DNA of 59,935 nt, filler included, from Circinaria calcarea (lineage: Eukaryota), in assembly GCA_051942165.1 (NCBI GenBank). It is 12 parts of 12 records of this genome, joined end to end, with 100 filler letters (N's around TTAATTAATTAA, not from the genome) between each part and the next. Parts side by side here need not be neighbours in the genome. Positions count along the whole stretch, not along the records: positions 1 to 4,918 come from JAVECS010002123.1; positions 5,019 to 9,930 come from JAVECS010002124.1; positions 10,031 to 14,939 come from JAVECS010002125.1; 9 more parts are not named here. One strand, written 5' to 3'. Shown here in pieces: positions 1 through 11,981 of the stretch. The first letter of the stretch is position 1. Each line of letters opens with the position of its first letter. A program made the translations under genes and the position numbers. The notes beneath the pieces are model-generated. The model worked only from the letters and a program-made list of their open reading frames with translations. It was not told the DNA's origin and searched no databases.

Positions 1-1
1 C

Positions 2-235
2 AGAGATGGCGGTAAGGATCGGGAGCGAAGAGCAGAGTCGGATCGGAGGGACTTGGCAGAATGGGGTGGAGAGAGACGCGGCCCAGGTCCGGACAGGAGA
101 GACGAGCGAGATCGGGAGAGGAGAGACGGGGGCAGGAAGAGGGGCAGAGGTGCAGAGGAGGGCATGGGCCCCCGACCGGGACCAGGGGAACGAGGATACG
201 GAGGCGACAACAAGAGATCGAGGAGGAATGGTTGA
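2..235 (+). CDS. 3' end of a gene encoding an R/D/E/G-rich low-complexity C-terminal tail (possibly THO complex subunit 2-like)
   Basis: Frame is open from the contig start (RDGGKDRERRAESDRRD...RKRGRG...GDNKRSRRNG*). The charged tail with a terminal basic NLS-like motif is typical of nuclear RNA-processing proteins; identity is a guess. Confidence 0.35.
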   Translation, partial: RDGGKDRERRAESDRRDLAEWGGERRGPGPDRRDERDRERRDGGRKRGRGAEEGMGPRPGPGERGYGGDNKRSRRNG

Positions 236-1517
236 GAAGGTCGTTCGTTATCAGTGTGGATCTGCTGTGTTGGGTGGCAATTTGGCATTGGGCATTATGC
301 AAGCGTGCGCTGTGAGCATGTCACCGGCGTTTGGATCTGACGGGGTACTCTGTACTTTGTTACTTGGGATGCAAGAGATACCATGTACCATTTTATGTAG
401 GGAACGAGGTTCCCGTAGAGATTGCAGCATAACCAATGAAGACGGGCATCGACACCCCGGTCGCCGTTGCTGCAGGTACGATACGGACTTGGATGGGTAG
501 GAAAGTTTTCTAGAAGCCGTTGTTCGATTTGACTGCGTGCATGCATATGTAATCTTAATTACCCCAAGGCAGGCAGGTACCTTGTACCCTTTCTCCAATC
601 TCGTACTTGGCCTGAGGGCGAGTTGCGAATTCCCATTTTTGCAGCCGAGGAAAGGGTTTTCGATGGCGTGCATGCATAACAGACAAGTATGCACAAAAGA
701 GGCGCACGGACATTAAAACTGGTCGTGTGGTGTGTGGTGTGTGGTGTGGCAGGAGGCATGGTCAAGCCCCCAAACAAACGCCGCTCTGAATTCCTATAGT
801 ACAAGATAACTGGAAATAGCAACCGAGGGGGAATCAGGTAACCTCGAAGTCAGCCTACTCCCTGTTACCTCAGGCAATCTTGTGCTTGTTGGCGAGTGGG
901 TAAGGGGATGATGAGTCTCGATGTTATTTCCTTTGAGCGACCATTGTTGTTTGGCGAGGACCGTATACGGAATACAATTCCCTCGGTATCTCTGCAGATC
1001 GGACTTGACACCCAGTAAGTAACAAGGGGGGACCCCTAACGTTTGTTGTGCCCCTGCCTGACCACGGGACTGCGTGGCCAGTCCATGTTCGGTTAGTCCG
1101 AGGGACATGGGAGCCCCGTGCCGGTCGGCTTGTGGGGCACGGGTGGCTTTTGAGTGGACAAACCTCTCTTCTGCAGTACGTCAGTAGTGTGCCGCGAGAA
1201 CAAATGCCCTTTCGTCTGGGAAGCCTTATTATGCTTGTCATCATCCATCCAAATCATCCCCAATCATCCCTTCATCTATCTGTCAGACAATCTTACTCAG
1301 CCCAGCAATCCCCTCACCGGCAAAGCGCCCACTGTGCACAATCACACATAAGCAGACGACACACTCACTCTTCCTTCAGTCTGAAATCCACCTTTGCTTT
1401 CTTTGTTCATCAGTGCCGTGGGAGGTCCTTTCTTCGGGAAGATGAAAGGCGGATTTGATCACAGACAACACCGCTGAACACCGCTCCCGCAGCCTTGCTG
1501 GTACATTCCCATTCACA

Positions 1518-2468
1518 ATGCCGTCTCGGGTCTCATCACTTCCTTGGGCGAGACTAAGATCCAACTCGAGACCCTTCCCTACCCAGCCGATTGTGATCCT
1601 GGACGAGAAAGATGGTTTCGGCATTCCCGCCTTTGGCGACCCAGATCCTTTTGGCGTGCTCGCTCTAGAGAGGGAAGGGCTGGAGATAAAGGAAGCCGGC
1701 ACAAAACATAAGCCCAGCAGCGATGCATTCGAGTACCGACCATCCCCGACAAGTCCTATCTTCAGTACTTTTGCTCGTCGGAGTGTCGATGGGATCTCGA
1801 GAAGGAGTAGTCGAAGGGAGAGCAAGTATAGCGTCATGAGTCTGGATCGGGCCACACAAACCGCCGACCTACCTCGTGCAATCGACCAGGTATTACAAAA
1901 CTCGAGCGATGATATAGCAATGAAGCAAACGGAAGACCTTGCGACACTGGATGAGGATGGAGACGATGAGATGGAGCAAGAGACCCTAGTTGGGGAAGAT
2001 GAGATGGAGGGAGTGGAGGAGGAAGTCGATGTCATAATCGAAGAAGCATCTGCAGCAGTCCATATCGCTTCACAGACACCTACCTCGCCAATTGTGTCTC
2101 GTGCAAGGCTGGTTACCATCCCCAAGCGTATCCCGCCGGCACTTCCTCCCCGAAGTCCGTACCGCAAGACCTTGTCCAAGGTCATGACTCCTGAACTCGT
2201 CAGCGACTCGGCCTCAATTGACACATCGGATCAAGATATGAGCAGTCGGAACTCTTCGCCGCTGCGGAACGAATTCTTTGGTGAATATGCATCAGAGGGT
2301 GGGAATCCTTGGGAGGAACACAGCTCTCCTCGTCACATGGTGGTAGAGGAAGTCTCGATACCGCCCGAAGAGTGCCACCGGGATGAGGAAAAGGCTGTGA
2401 ATGAGAATGACGAATTTCACTCGTTGCCGAGCAGTCCTATCGAAGCTTCTGCGCCAGCCATTCGATGA
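1518..2468 (+). CDS. Hypothetical, largely disordered S/E/P-rich protein with a PPxLPPR motif
   Basis: Single ORF from ATG 1518, with an acidic tract and ARLVTIPKRIPPALPPRSPYR (SH3-ligand-like). Confidence 0.6.
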   Translation: MPSRVSSLPWARLRSNSRPFPTQPIVILDEKDGFGIPAFGDPDPFGVLALEREGLEIKEAGTKHKPSSDAFEYRPSPTSPIFSTFARRSVDGISRRSSRRESKYSVMSLDRATQTADLPRAIDQVLQNSSDDIAMKQTEDLATLDEDGDDEMEQETLVGEDEMEGVEEEVDVIIEEASAAVHIASQTPTSPIVSRARLVTIPKRIPPALPPRSPYRKTLSKVMTPELVSDSASIDTSDQDMSSRNSSPLRNEFFGEYASEGGNPWEEHSSPRHMVVEEVSIPPEECHRDEEKAVNENDEFHSLPSSPIEASAPAIR

Positions 2469-3488
2469 GTGGACGAAGCAGAGTTATACTGACAATGCAG
2501 TTGATGTTCTTGCACAAGCGTACAGCAGTTCTTTCAAGTCAAGGACCATCACACGCAACGATCAATGCTTACGATTCTTCTACTCGGGCGCAAGACGGCA
2601 TTCTCATGGGTTCGATTGAGTGGTGGAGTTTTCCCGGGAGGGTGGTTCTATTGTTATTGTACCCACTACGAACATGCTCATCACGGCCAGTAGACTTAAG
2701 GGGGATCCTTGGGCGAGCTTTCTACCGCTCTCTGTCATTTTATTTCGGGGGTTACACGACTTTTACGCATCTGCCTGGGATTCTATCGGTACGGAACTGA
2801 GAGGATTAACATGGACATGACGGATCGATGAGGAAATCGGGAGGTTTATCTATCTTTGCAGAGATTTTCTCTGCACGCGAAAAGAATGGGAAGAATTGGC
2901 AGAGGAACGGCCATATGCCAACCTCTGGGAAGGATGCGATCAGATGGTTTTAGAGATATTCGTTACTTTTACCTACCTTACCGCCTTAATTTCATAGACA
3001 TCGTATCAAGTCATTTGCAGTTATGAATGATCCATGAAAAAGCTGTTAACATCCATCTTAGGCAGTAATCCTCTTCCTTTTCCGTTTTGATCTTAGCGCC
3101 ATCGCCAATTCCCGTGATCGCGCATTTGCTGCCTACCTTGGCCCTTTTCGCCCCTTGACTTCGGCTAAACATGCGTGTATTTCTCTTCCCGGCTGGTTGG
3201 TGTCTTTCGCTATATAAGAACCAGCATCCAGCTGCCTCTTCATTCTTTCAACTCGGTTGTGAGTCCATTCTCACGTTGACCTTCCACCTTCCACTCTTCA
3301 ATCTCCGCTTCTTTCACCCTCTTCTCAATTCACCTTCCATTCCATTCCATTCCTACACCTTCAAAGTCTCATCCATCCGATTCAGAGCTCTCTCTTTGTG
3401 AAGAAGATTTCCGATGGGTGAGTGGGGTGTTTGATATTGAGCAAGTGAAGGAAGTGAACCTGTAAAAGGTTGAACCCGAACCAGCACC

Positions 3489-4918
3489 ATGGCGAAAACG
3501 GACATCTTGGCGGACTGCACGGTCGTGCTGAGTGGGGTGTTTGAGGGGTATACCCAAGGTATATATATCCTTTTGGATTTCGGGTTCTTTCTTTTCCTTC
3601 TTTTTGGAATCTGATTGTTGTGGGTTAGGAAATCTGAGTAAATTGATCCGAGACAATGGCGGCAAGTATGGGACTAAGATCTCGGGGGCGACGACGCATT
3701 TGGTGGTTAGTGAGGGAGAGTGGGAGGGGAGGGGGACGAAAGGTGAGTTGAGTGTGGGTTTTTTGGCTTTGTTGGGACAGGTGTGGCGAGGAGGGTGGAT
3801 TGTTGTTGTTGCTATTTGAGTGTGTTTGGGCTTGCTGCTTATGAGTTATGCGGGTACTGAGGCTTGAAAGCTCTGCTTACTACCTTTGCCATTTGCTGGA
3901 TGCTTGTTTCCGCTCATATTTGTTTCCGTTCATCTTGTTTCAATGGTCGAGACTCTCCTGTGCTTGGGTCATATTACACGAGCAACCTTCTCAAGTTATA
4001 TAATCTGATTTCTACTGGTTGTTTGACATCTAATTCGCTGCTAATCAACCTGTACAAATCACAGTAAAGCAAGCCAGCGACCTTGCAGATATCAGGGTTG
4101 TCAGTCTTGACTGGCTTTTGAAATCTATAGAAGAAGGAGAAAAGCTCGACGAGGACAAATATCTCATGGCCAACTCCGACGCAACTGCAGTTAAGGACGA
4201 CGATGTCGAAGATGAGGATGTTAACGATAAAGCTGCCCAAGACAGTAAAACCAGCAAGAAGCGTGCCCGCAATGGAAAGGTCAAAGGGGCATCCCCAGAA
4301 TGCGACGAAGAAGAGCAAAAACCACCGGCCAAGAAGCAAAAGGATAGCCAGAAAGCCAAGTCTACCAACCTCAATATACCAATCGACGAGGGCTGCAATC
4401 TAAAAGGTCCAAGTTCCCAAGCTCATTCATAACTGATACTAATATGAGGTAGGTTCACATCGGGTACACATTGACGGTGACGGGACTATATTCGACGCAT
4501 CTCTAAACCAGACAAATTCGACCAACAACAACAACAAATTCTATCGCATACAAGTAAGCCAAGCCACGGAGGGTATCACATTACTATCCTAACGGATTTA
4601 CAGCTTCTAGGATCTCAGCATGGAAACTTTCGGACCTGGACTCGATGGGGTCGAGTTGGGGAACATGGCCAGAGCGCTATGCTCGGAGATAGTGACTTTG
4701 ACGATGCGCGAAAACAATTTGAGAAGAAATTCAAAGACAAATCAGGTCTTGCATGGAAAGATCGATTATCAGCTCCGAAGAAAGGAAAGTACAAGTTCAT
4801 TGAACGAAACTATGAAGACGATTCGAGTGAAGAGGATGATGATGACCTACCTGGAGCCAGCAGTCGTAGAGCATCCAAGGCATCTGTCAAGAGTGAGGAA
4901 CGGAAGAAGGTGGAGAGT
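3489..4918 (+). CDS. prpA: Poly(ADP-ribose) polymerase, 5' part (BRCT + WGR domains), multi-exon, truncated by contig end
   Basis: Spliced reading gives the BRCT region (VLSGVF...LIRDNGGKY...THLVVS...VVSLDWL) and WGR domain (DASLNQTNSTNNNNKFYRIQLL...TWTRWGRVGEHG...FEKKFKDKSGLAW). Four GT-AG introns. Confidence 0.88.
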
Positions 4919-5018
4919 NNNNNNNNNNNNNNNNNNNNNNNNNNNNNNNNNNNNNNNNNNNNTTAATTAATTAANNNNNNNNNNNNNNNNNNNNNNNNNN
5001 NNNNNNNNNNNNNNNNNN
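4919..5018. other. Artificial contig-joining spacer (44N-TTAATTAATTAA-44N); repeated at 9931, 14940, 19949, 24957, 29961, 34960, 39956, 44951, 49946 and 54941
   Basis: Identical 100-nt block occurs 11 times and carries stops in all six frames. Flanking genes are truncated at it and contig lengths decrease monotonically. Confidence 0.99.
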
Positions 5019-7243
5019 CCGTGGAGCCAGTGCTATGACTTTTTGTGCCTGAAGTGGGAGAGGGGGTGGATGGATATTTTGATGGCTTGGAGGCGGGGTG
5101 CGGGCTGATCATGCGGTGGAGTTGCGTTATTTCCGGAGTCTGGGATGAATATCTCTACCATTCTTGTGGGAGGGGGGATGGGATGATGCACTATTGGAGT
5201 ACAGCCGTTTCGTTCATTATGTGTTGGTTCAATCCTTGACGGCCGAATGAGGAAACCGTCACTGGACCTTTACATTCCGTTTCCGATGTGTCTACTTAAC
5301 TGATCAACTACAGGATTCTATGCTAAGAAAGGGAAACTGGAGTTTCGGACGGTTGGGTATCAGGTAGGTGATCAGAGTGAAGCCCGATCATATCATGTGC
5401 TTGAACTGTGGATCCTAGCATTAAGGCATTACAATAGAACGATATTTTCGTGGACTCATCATTTTTTAGTGGGGGGTATGCTGGTTCTCGTATATGCAAT
5501 ATTAAGAGTGGACTTACCAACAGTCTCACTACTCCTCCTTCGTCCGTTTAGCCTTCTATATCCTTCACCCGCTTCAAAGATTCGTTTGAGAAACAGAACT
5601 GGGCTTTTGACCTGTCAGTCGAGATATACCCGGAAGGTCGAGAAGTCCAAAAAATAGAACTTTGCCTGACAGTTTCCATACTGCTGGTCATCTTGTGCAA
5701 GATCACATCTGGTTTTATCCATTTTTGTTTCATCCCTTTGGCATTTTGTGGTGTATTGCATCAATCTAGGAAGACTTGCCTTTGGGATTTTTGAGTTTAT
5801 GAGCACGGATGCTACTTTACCACTTTCGAGGTGCCTCTGCTTGACGCCGGTCGTCGAATCAGGTGGTGAACTCCACTTTTCATACATTGGTAAATGTAAC
5901 TAAGCGAACGAGTCGGTTGTATACCTTGATGACAGTGGGTAGACCCTCTCAGGTCTGCCACTCTTCTCTACCATTGATTACGTTGATGAAGTCGATTTCG
6001 TCTCACCATGTCACATTCTGCACCTTGTGCAAGGCTGGTGCTCGCCCTCGGGGGACTCCGCGAGGGCCAGCGGAATAAGTTGGAGTTAGAGTTAAGGTAC
6101 TTTTTTTTCTTTTTCTTCCCAAACGTTTTACTGTAAGACTACAGTTAGTTGCCCGATCAGTCCTCATGCTATTTGTCATCTCGCGCATACGAATGCAGCG
6201 GATAAGCAACCATGAAAGGAACTGTTCATCTCTTCAGGGCGTCAGTGTCATGGGGTACCTGTATCGTCGCCCACCGAGAGGGGTGCCAAGGTGAAAATGA
6301 CGGAATAAGCTACTTGCCCTTTTAGTTATCCCAACTCAGAGATATGGGCGGGTGGCGACCTGGCTTTAAGGTTGCTGTGGTTGTTTGCGTCTTGCGGAGG
6401 GGTGGTGGTGTTTCGTGGGTTTTGAGTGTTGTGACGGTTGAAGCGAGCAAGTAAGTAAGCGAGAAATCGAGTGAAGTGAGTGAAGTAGGTCGGTTCGAGA
6501 TTCCAATTTCGCTACCATACCTGGTAGCCCCATCTTAGCCCTCTTTGTTTGTTTTTTTTCTTTCTCCAAACCTCAACCCCCTTCCCCCTTCCCATCCTTA
6601 GCCAAACGCCTAGCCCGTAGAACCTGACGCCTCCGATTTCGTATACTAACTACGGTGTCAGATGGCTACGTGTTTTGATCGACTTTGCTCGTGAGATGAT
6701 TCTTAGTGGTGGTTTGGATTCTAGAAGGGAAAAGAAAGCGAGTGCCGAGACGGGGGGTTTTAAGGGTTTCGGGACTACTTTAGGTCTTTGGCCCAGTAAG
6801 GTATACTGGTTTTGAGAAGGGTCGGCAGTGGTAGGGATGGGGTTGAGGCCAGGTTGGGTTGGGAGGGTGGAGGGAGGAAGGGATGGAGTATCACCATTGA
6901 AGTATGGTGGGTGAATGGTCTGGCTTGCCCATTGGAGACACCATTAATCTTAATAAATCGCCACATCTCCCGCTGGTAAGAAATATATTGAACAACGGAC
7001 GTATAGCTTCTCCAATATCTACCCAACTGATTTTGCTTCTTTCAATTACTGTAATATGTGACAAAACGAGCAAAACATACAAGAGCAACGGACCAACGCC
7101 AGCAATGCAGAGGGAATCCAGCTATGAGCTCCTATCAGCACAGACAAAGCAGAGCGACAGTTCCCAATCCTCGAGGCAAACCGTAGTCTTTTTCAACAAA
7201 CCTCCGTCACAAGTCATCGCTAAAAAGTCTTTGGGCATCTATC

Positions 7244-8330
7244 TCATAACATAATACAGCATCCGCCCCTTTCCCCCTTCTCAAACGTCAGCAGCGCAGC
7301 GCGGGTCGCCGCCTCAAACACATCGTCCACACCTTCGCCCGTCAGCGAGGAGCATTCAAGGTATTTCCGTGCACCGATCTCGTGGGCAGCATCGCTGCCG
7401 TCTTTCGGGGTGGTGAAGTGAAGTGACTTTTTCCGCATTTCTTCTTGCGCGAGGGGATCATCTCGGAGGTCTTTCTTGAGGCCGACGAGGAGGATAGGAA
7501 CGTCGGGACAGCGTTCATTGGCTTCTTCCACCCACTAAAATGTACGTTTAGACGGACGTGCTTTGAGAGGGTTAGTTGGAACGAGACTAACCTTGTGTCT
7601 TACATTGTCTAGAGAATCCGGAGATTCGACGGAGAAGCCGATTAGGATGACATGGGCCTTGGAATAGGCCAACGGTCTTAATCTTTCATAATCTTCTTGG
7701 CCGGCTGTATCCCATAGGGCCAATTGCACTGATTTGCCGTCTACGCGGCAATCCGTCACGTAGTTTTCGAAGACTGTAGGAACCTGTAGAGGGGTAAGTA
7801 TGTACATTGGGAAGGCTCGAAGATATTTGAGGCTCTGCCCAATAGCCGGAGACTTGTAAACGCTGGAGGAGAGGATTTTCTTACGTAATGCTGTTGATTG
7901 TTAGTGTACCGTTGATAGAATACCGCGAGCGAACTTACTGTGGGGAAGTATCCTAGTGTGAAGACGCTCAGAAGACTTGTTTTTCCGCATGCACCATCAC
8001 CGATTATGACAAGCTTCCTATACAACAAGCACCAAAGTTAGAAGGAACTCAAATCCGAGCTGTTTGTAGGGAATAGGCCATCATAACGAAGACGAGCAAG
8101 GCTGATCTCCCTGATCAGTGAAGCTTGCAGAAAGCAGCCCTTTGTCGTCCTGGCCAGATATTGCTAGTGCCTTCACATGCTCCAGCCATCAGCAACAGCA
8201 TACATCTATAACTTGACCTGGAGCTCTCGCGGTAGCTGACTCGAATCATGCCTGCGAGAGGTGAAAGAGGCCCGGGCCGATCCTTCGGAACTCACCTTCT
8301 CATTACGTTTTGACCCTGTTGCTGTGCCAT
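7244..8330 (-). CDS. rho2: Rho2 small GTPase, 200 aa; exons 8330-8296, 8017-7939, 7890-7885, 7783-7592, 7534-7244
   Basis: [10 protein letters not shown]-loop, [13 protein letters not shown] effector loop, [24 protein letters not shown]-terminal CCIML CAAX box. Exons sum to 603 nt. Confidence 0.93.
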
Positions 8331-9041
8331 CGCATGTGTAGCCTGTGTATATTTTGATATGCTCGAAAGCGGTCGGTCAGTTGCCGGTGAATGCGTGAAA
8401 GCCAGCCTCGTCCGGTAGCTCAGTTGATGGTCGCAAGCAGCCGCGAAAGACCAAGCAGGTTTGTCGACGACTATTGTGAAGCGACCGGTTTGCAGTGGGA
8501 GAGAAGGATAGGCGATGCCAGTGTACCGCAATCGGATTTTCTTCCTTTTCCAACAGACCGTGGTGTCACGTCTAAGGCGGACACTTTGAAGCGGGATTGA
8601 AAGCTCGGCAGTGCCCCAGTCGTGCCCAAAGGGAAGAGAAGGGTCGTTGTCGCCAAATACAGTCAGTCGTAGCAGTTGAGGCCTTCACTGTCGGGTCAAT
8701 GAAACACGGAAATCAATCAGCCACCGCCCTTCTCACTCTCGGTTCGTCATCCAGAATATTGCTACGTTGCAGTGACGCCCTTAGCTCTCTCATCCGATGC
8801 CGCTTTGGGATGGGAGCGCAGAGAGGAAGAGATTTGTCAATATGATGTTCGAGGAAGTAGCAGTCCGCCGCTTCCACTTTCCCACCGAGTAATCTTAGCT
8901 CGCCTTCCTCATCCTGCGGGCAGGATCCGGTTAGGGTCTCGTAGAATCCCGGCCCGCATCAGCCCCGGGCAAGGTTTAAATTACGTCTTCCGAACCCCAA
9001 CCTGAACACCACAGTGGACCATAAGATCTACTCGGTTTGAT

Positions 9042-9568
9042 ATGGCAGCGCCCCTCAGTCTAGAACTACCACCTCTTTCTGCACGTCGAACAGAAACCGT
9101 CAACTACGTCAGGTCTATCCTAGAAAGCTCAAACTACCAACCCGCCGAGGCCAGGGACATCGCCGAGAAGCTCAAAGAAACCCGCTTCCGAGTCTTGGTG
9201 CTCTACACCCTAGAGGAGTGTCAGGATACCTTTGGACAAAAACCTGGCCGAACTATATACTACGAGATACATAGTCATGTAAGCATTCTGTACTCTTTCT
9301 TTCAACTCTATGCCCTGACACTTGAAAGCCGGAGCTAAGACCAAATCAAGTCCACCTTGACGATTGGCGGTGGGAGGCCCTCGACTACTGGATCTTTGGA
9401 GGCGTGGGAGTACTTAGTGACGCCATCGCCGTTACATACCTCTGGTACCTTCCCCCACCCGACAAAGCTTTCCCCACGTTCTGGTGGATACTTGCCGCCA
9501 TATTCATCGGCTTTTGGGCCGTCAGAGGGGGTGTCTACTTCTTGCGATACTGGTTTACCAGGAGATAG
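9042..9568 (+). CDS. Hypothetical small protein with two C-terminal hydrophobic segments; one intron (~9279-9328)
   Basis: GTAAGC donor, CTGAC branch and AAG acceptor give an open exon 2 (WIFGGVGVLSDAIAVTYLWYL; FWWILAAIFIGFWAVRGGVYFL) ending in TAG at 9568. Confidence 0.55.
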
Positions 9569-9606
9569 CCTTAGGTACAGATCACCACAGATTGATACCT
9601 AACGCC

Positions 9607-9930
9607 ATGGCTGGTGATGGTGTTTTCAACCGGAAGAAACAAAAGAGGCGGCAAAAACAAGCGGCACGGCTTGCGGCAGAAGTACCTTCAAGAACGGGGT
9701 CAGGTTCTACTCAAGAGCATGGAGACAACGAACCTCACGATCCTGAAGCGTACCGCTTCTCTGGTGCAAGGCCTCATGCTCAATCGAACGGGATCGACTA
9801 CGGTCCTTCGGACGGCGATGACCAGTATGAACCGCCAGAAGGTGACGATCAGCAATATAGTGACGAAGATGCTCGACAGTGGGAAATCCCTTCGTTGTAT
9901 TGTTTCGGTCGAGTATTTGCTGATGAACAC
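9607..9930 (+). CDS. ORF fragment resembling the N-terminus of stress-response protein Nst1, truncated by contig end
   Basis: NRKKQKRRQKQAARLAAE followed by an acidic YSDED segment, recalled from Pezizomycotina Nst1 N-termini. Confidence 0.4.
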
Positions 9931-11981
9931 NNNNNNNNNNNNNNNNNNNNNNNNNNNNNNNNNNNNNNNNNNNNTTAATTAATTAANNNNNNNNNNNNNN
10001 NNNNNNNNNNNNNNNNNNNNNNNNNNNNNNGTGATGGGTGGTAGTGATGATGATTGATAGGTTTTTGCTGGGAGTGAGCGGTGTTGGAATATGAAGGAAA
10101 AGGGCTGGAATAGTGCAGAAGTTCTGAGAGAGAACGCGTTCCATGCAGAGTATTCCCGCAGTTTTCATTGAAGCCTTTATTTGCATGTTTGCTGAACCGC
10201 ATCAAATGGGCAAGCTGTAGGGTCATGACTAGCACAAATATTAGCATTAACCCATAATAATTCGATAGCTTCAACCCGTTCAATTCCCTTTCCAAATGCT
10301 GAGGAACAACTTGACTGTAGGCAATTTATTAAAGCGGGTGAGTGGGAATGAGTTGCGAATAATGTGGGTGGAGAAGTCGAAGGGTAAAGGGAAGAGGAAA
10401 ATTGTAAGGTATATTGATAATGGGAAGGTTAATCAGGGTGTTACCAAGTGGTAGATAAAGTGGAAGTGAGAAAATGGGATGACCAGATGTCCACGTTTAG
10501 GGAAGGTTATAAGAAACCTTCAATCGAGGCGCCAAGAACCTGCATGTTTAATTGTGCATCGTTGTGAATGCCGTCGACGATTTGAGGATGAGTGTGAGGA
10601 AACCCCACTTGAGGTATAGAGAAGGGGATATGCTCAGGAAGCGTAAAAGTCGGTAAGATAGGTATGATTGTAAATGCTGATACTTCTCTAACCTTTTCTT
10701 CCGGTAGGTATACTGCGGTGCCAGGGCAAAACAAGGACCCAAGTGTGGTTTCTCCATTCCCCCCACGAAACGTAAAACACAACCGCTGTAAAATTACCGG
10801 GAAGCAGAGAATTATTATCCGCCCGTGATCTGGAGTATAACTAGGACTTTTGACAGGAGTTTGAATTGTAGTTTTGGGTGTACTGTAAAAGTGATCGAAA
10901 TCTCGCGCGGAGGTTTGTTAAGCCTGACAGCGTAGTAGCTTAGCATACAGCAGGCCAGCAGCGACATATTATTACATTCCATTAGTGAGTGGCTGTCATC
11001 TCATCGATGGCAAGCCTTGGCTACTCTGTAAGGGTTCCAAGAGTTCAGACCTTCAGAGAGCTTGGGAAAATTTCAAATCTCGGCTAGGCTGACCGGGCGG
11101 CGGGCACGGAAAGAGAAGAAAGAAAAAGGAGTTTCCAACAACTAGCAGTCACATCGCGCCGTAGAGTACCCTTCCACCTGTCGCCTGTTCTAAGAAGAGA
11201 TTAATCAGACTTCCCACCGCTCGACCAGAGAAAACAGGACAGGGAAACCATCAAGCCACCGAAAGCAGCGCTGATGGGATTCTAAACTCAATTCTGGTGA
11301 TATTCCCCGCCTGAGCCCGATGGCGCAATCCATACTTTCCACCAGATGCAGGTGCGAATTCGAAAGGGCTGATTTCCGACATTCGAAGCTCAAGCCTGAA
11401 AGGTTATTGGGATGATGTCATGCTGTCATCAACCAGGGTTGACATCTGTCGGCGCCATGCAGATCCATCATTAATTGTTCAAAGGGTCGCATCCAAAGAT
11501 GAAGGTTTAGTCAATCAGTCGGCCTACCCATTCGATTTGCCTTTGGAGCAACGGAGTTCTTCCACCGTTTCGAGTATACAAGGGTGAAAGGTGAGTGGGT
11601 CCAGCCCACCTCTTGCTTCGTACCTGCGAGGGATATGAATTTGAATCTTCATCAGTGACTGGTCTTCTTTTTGTTATCACTCGACGCCTCCTGCATTAGG
11701 CTTGACGAGTAGGAATTACTTCAATTATCTTGTATTACACGCCTCAAGACTTAATGATTCCGTGGCTTGCAGGGATCTCCCTTCTCATTCGCATTTTCAT
11801 TTATACCTGAAATACTATCCGTCTCCCACACAGCAAATCCACAGTCGTTTCATACACTTTCAACAATATATTCATCGAAAGTCGGAAACACACCACCGGA
11901 GTATCACACGCGCAGTGTCTTTTTTTTGGCTTATAGGTATCATCCCTGCTCGTTGTATAACTCGAAGAGAGTAGATTCAGA

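Noticed and set aside
1376..2224. Long antisense ORFs (also 12824-13579, 35623-36333, 47434-48444, 58228-58980)
   Set aside because: Shadows of genuine genes on the opposite strand, with no independent motifs.
10031..11900. Several short ORFs in a long intergenic stretch
   Set aside because: No motifs or consistent splice model could be found.
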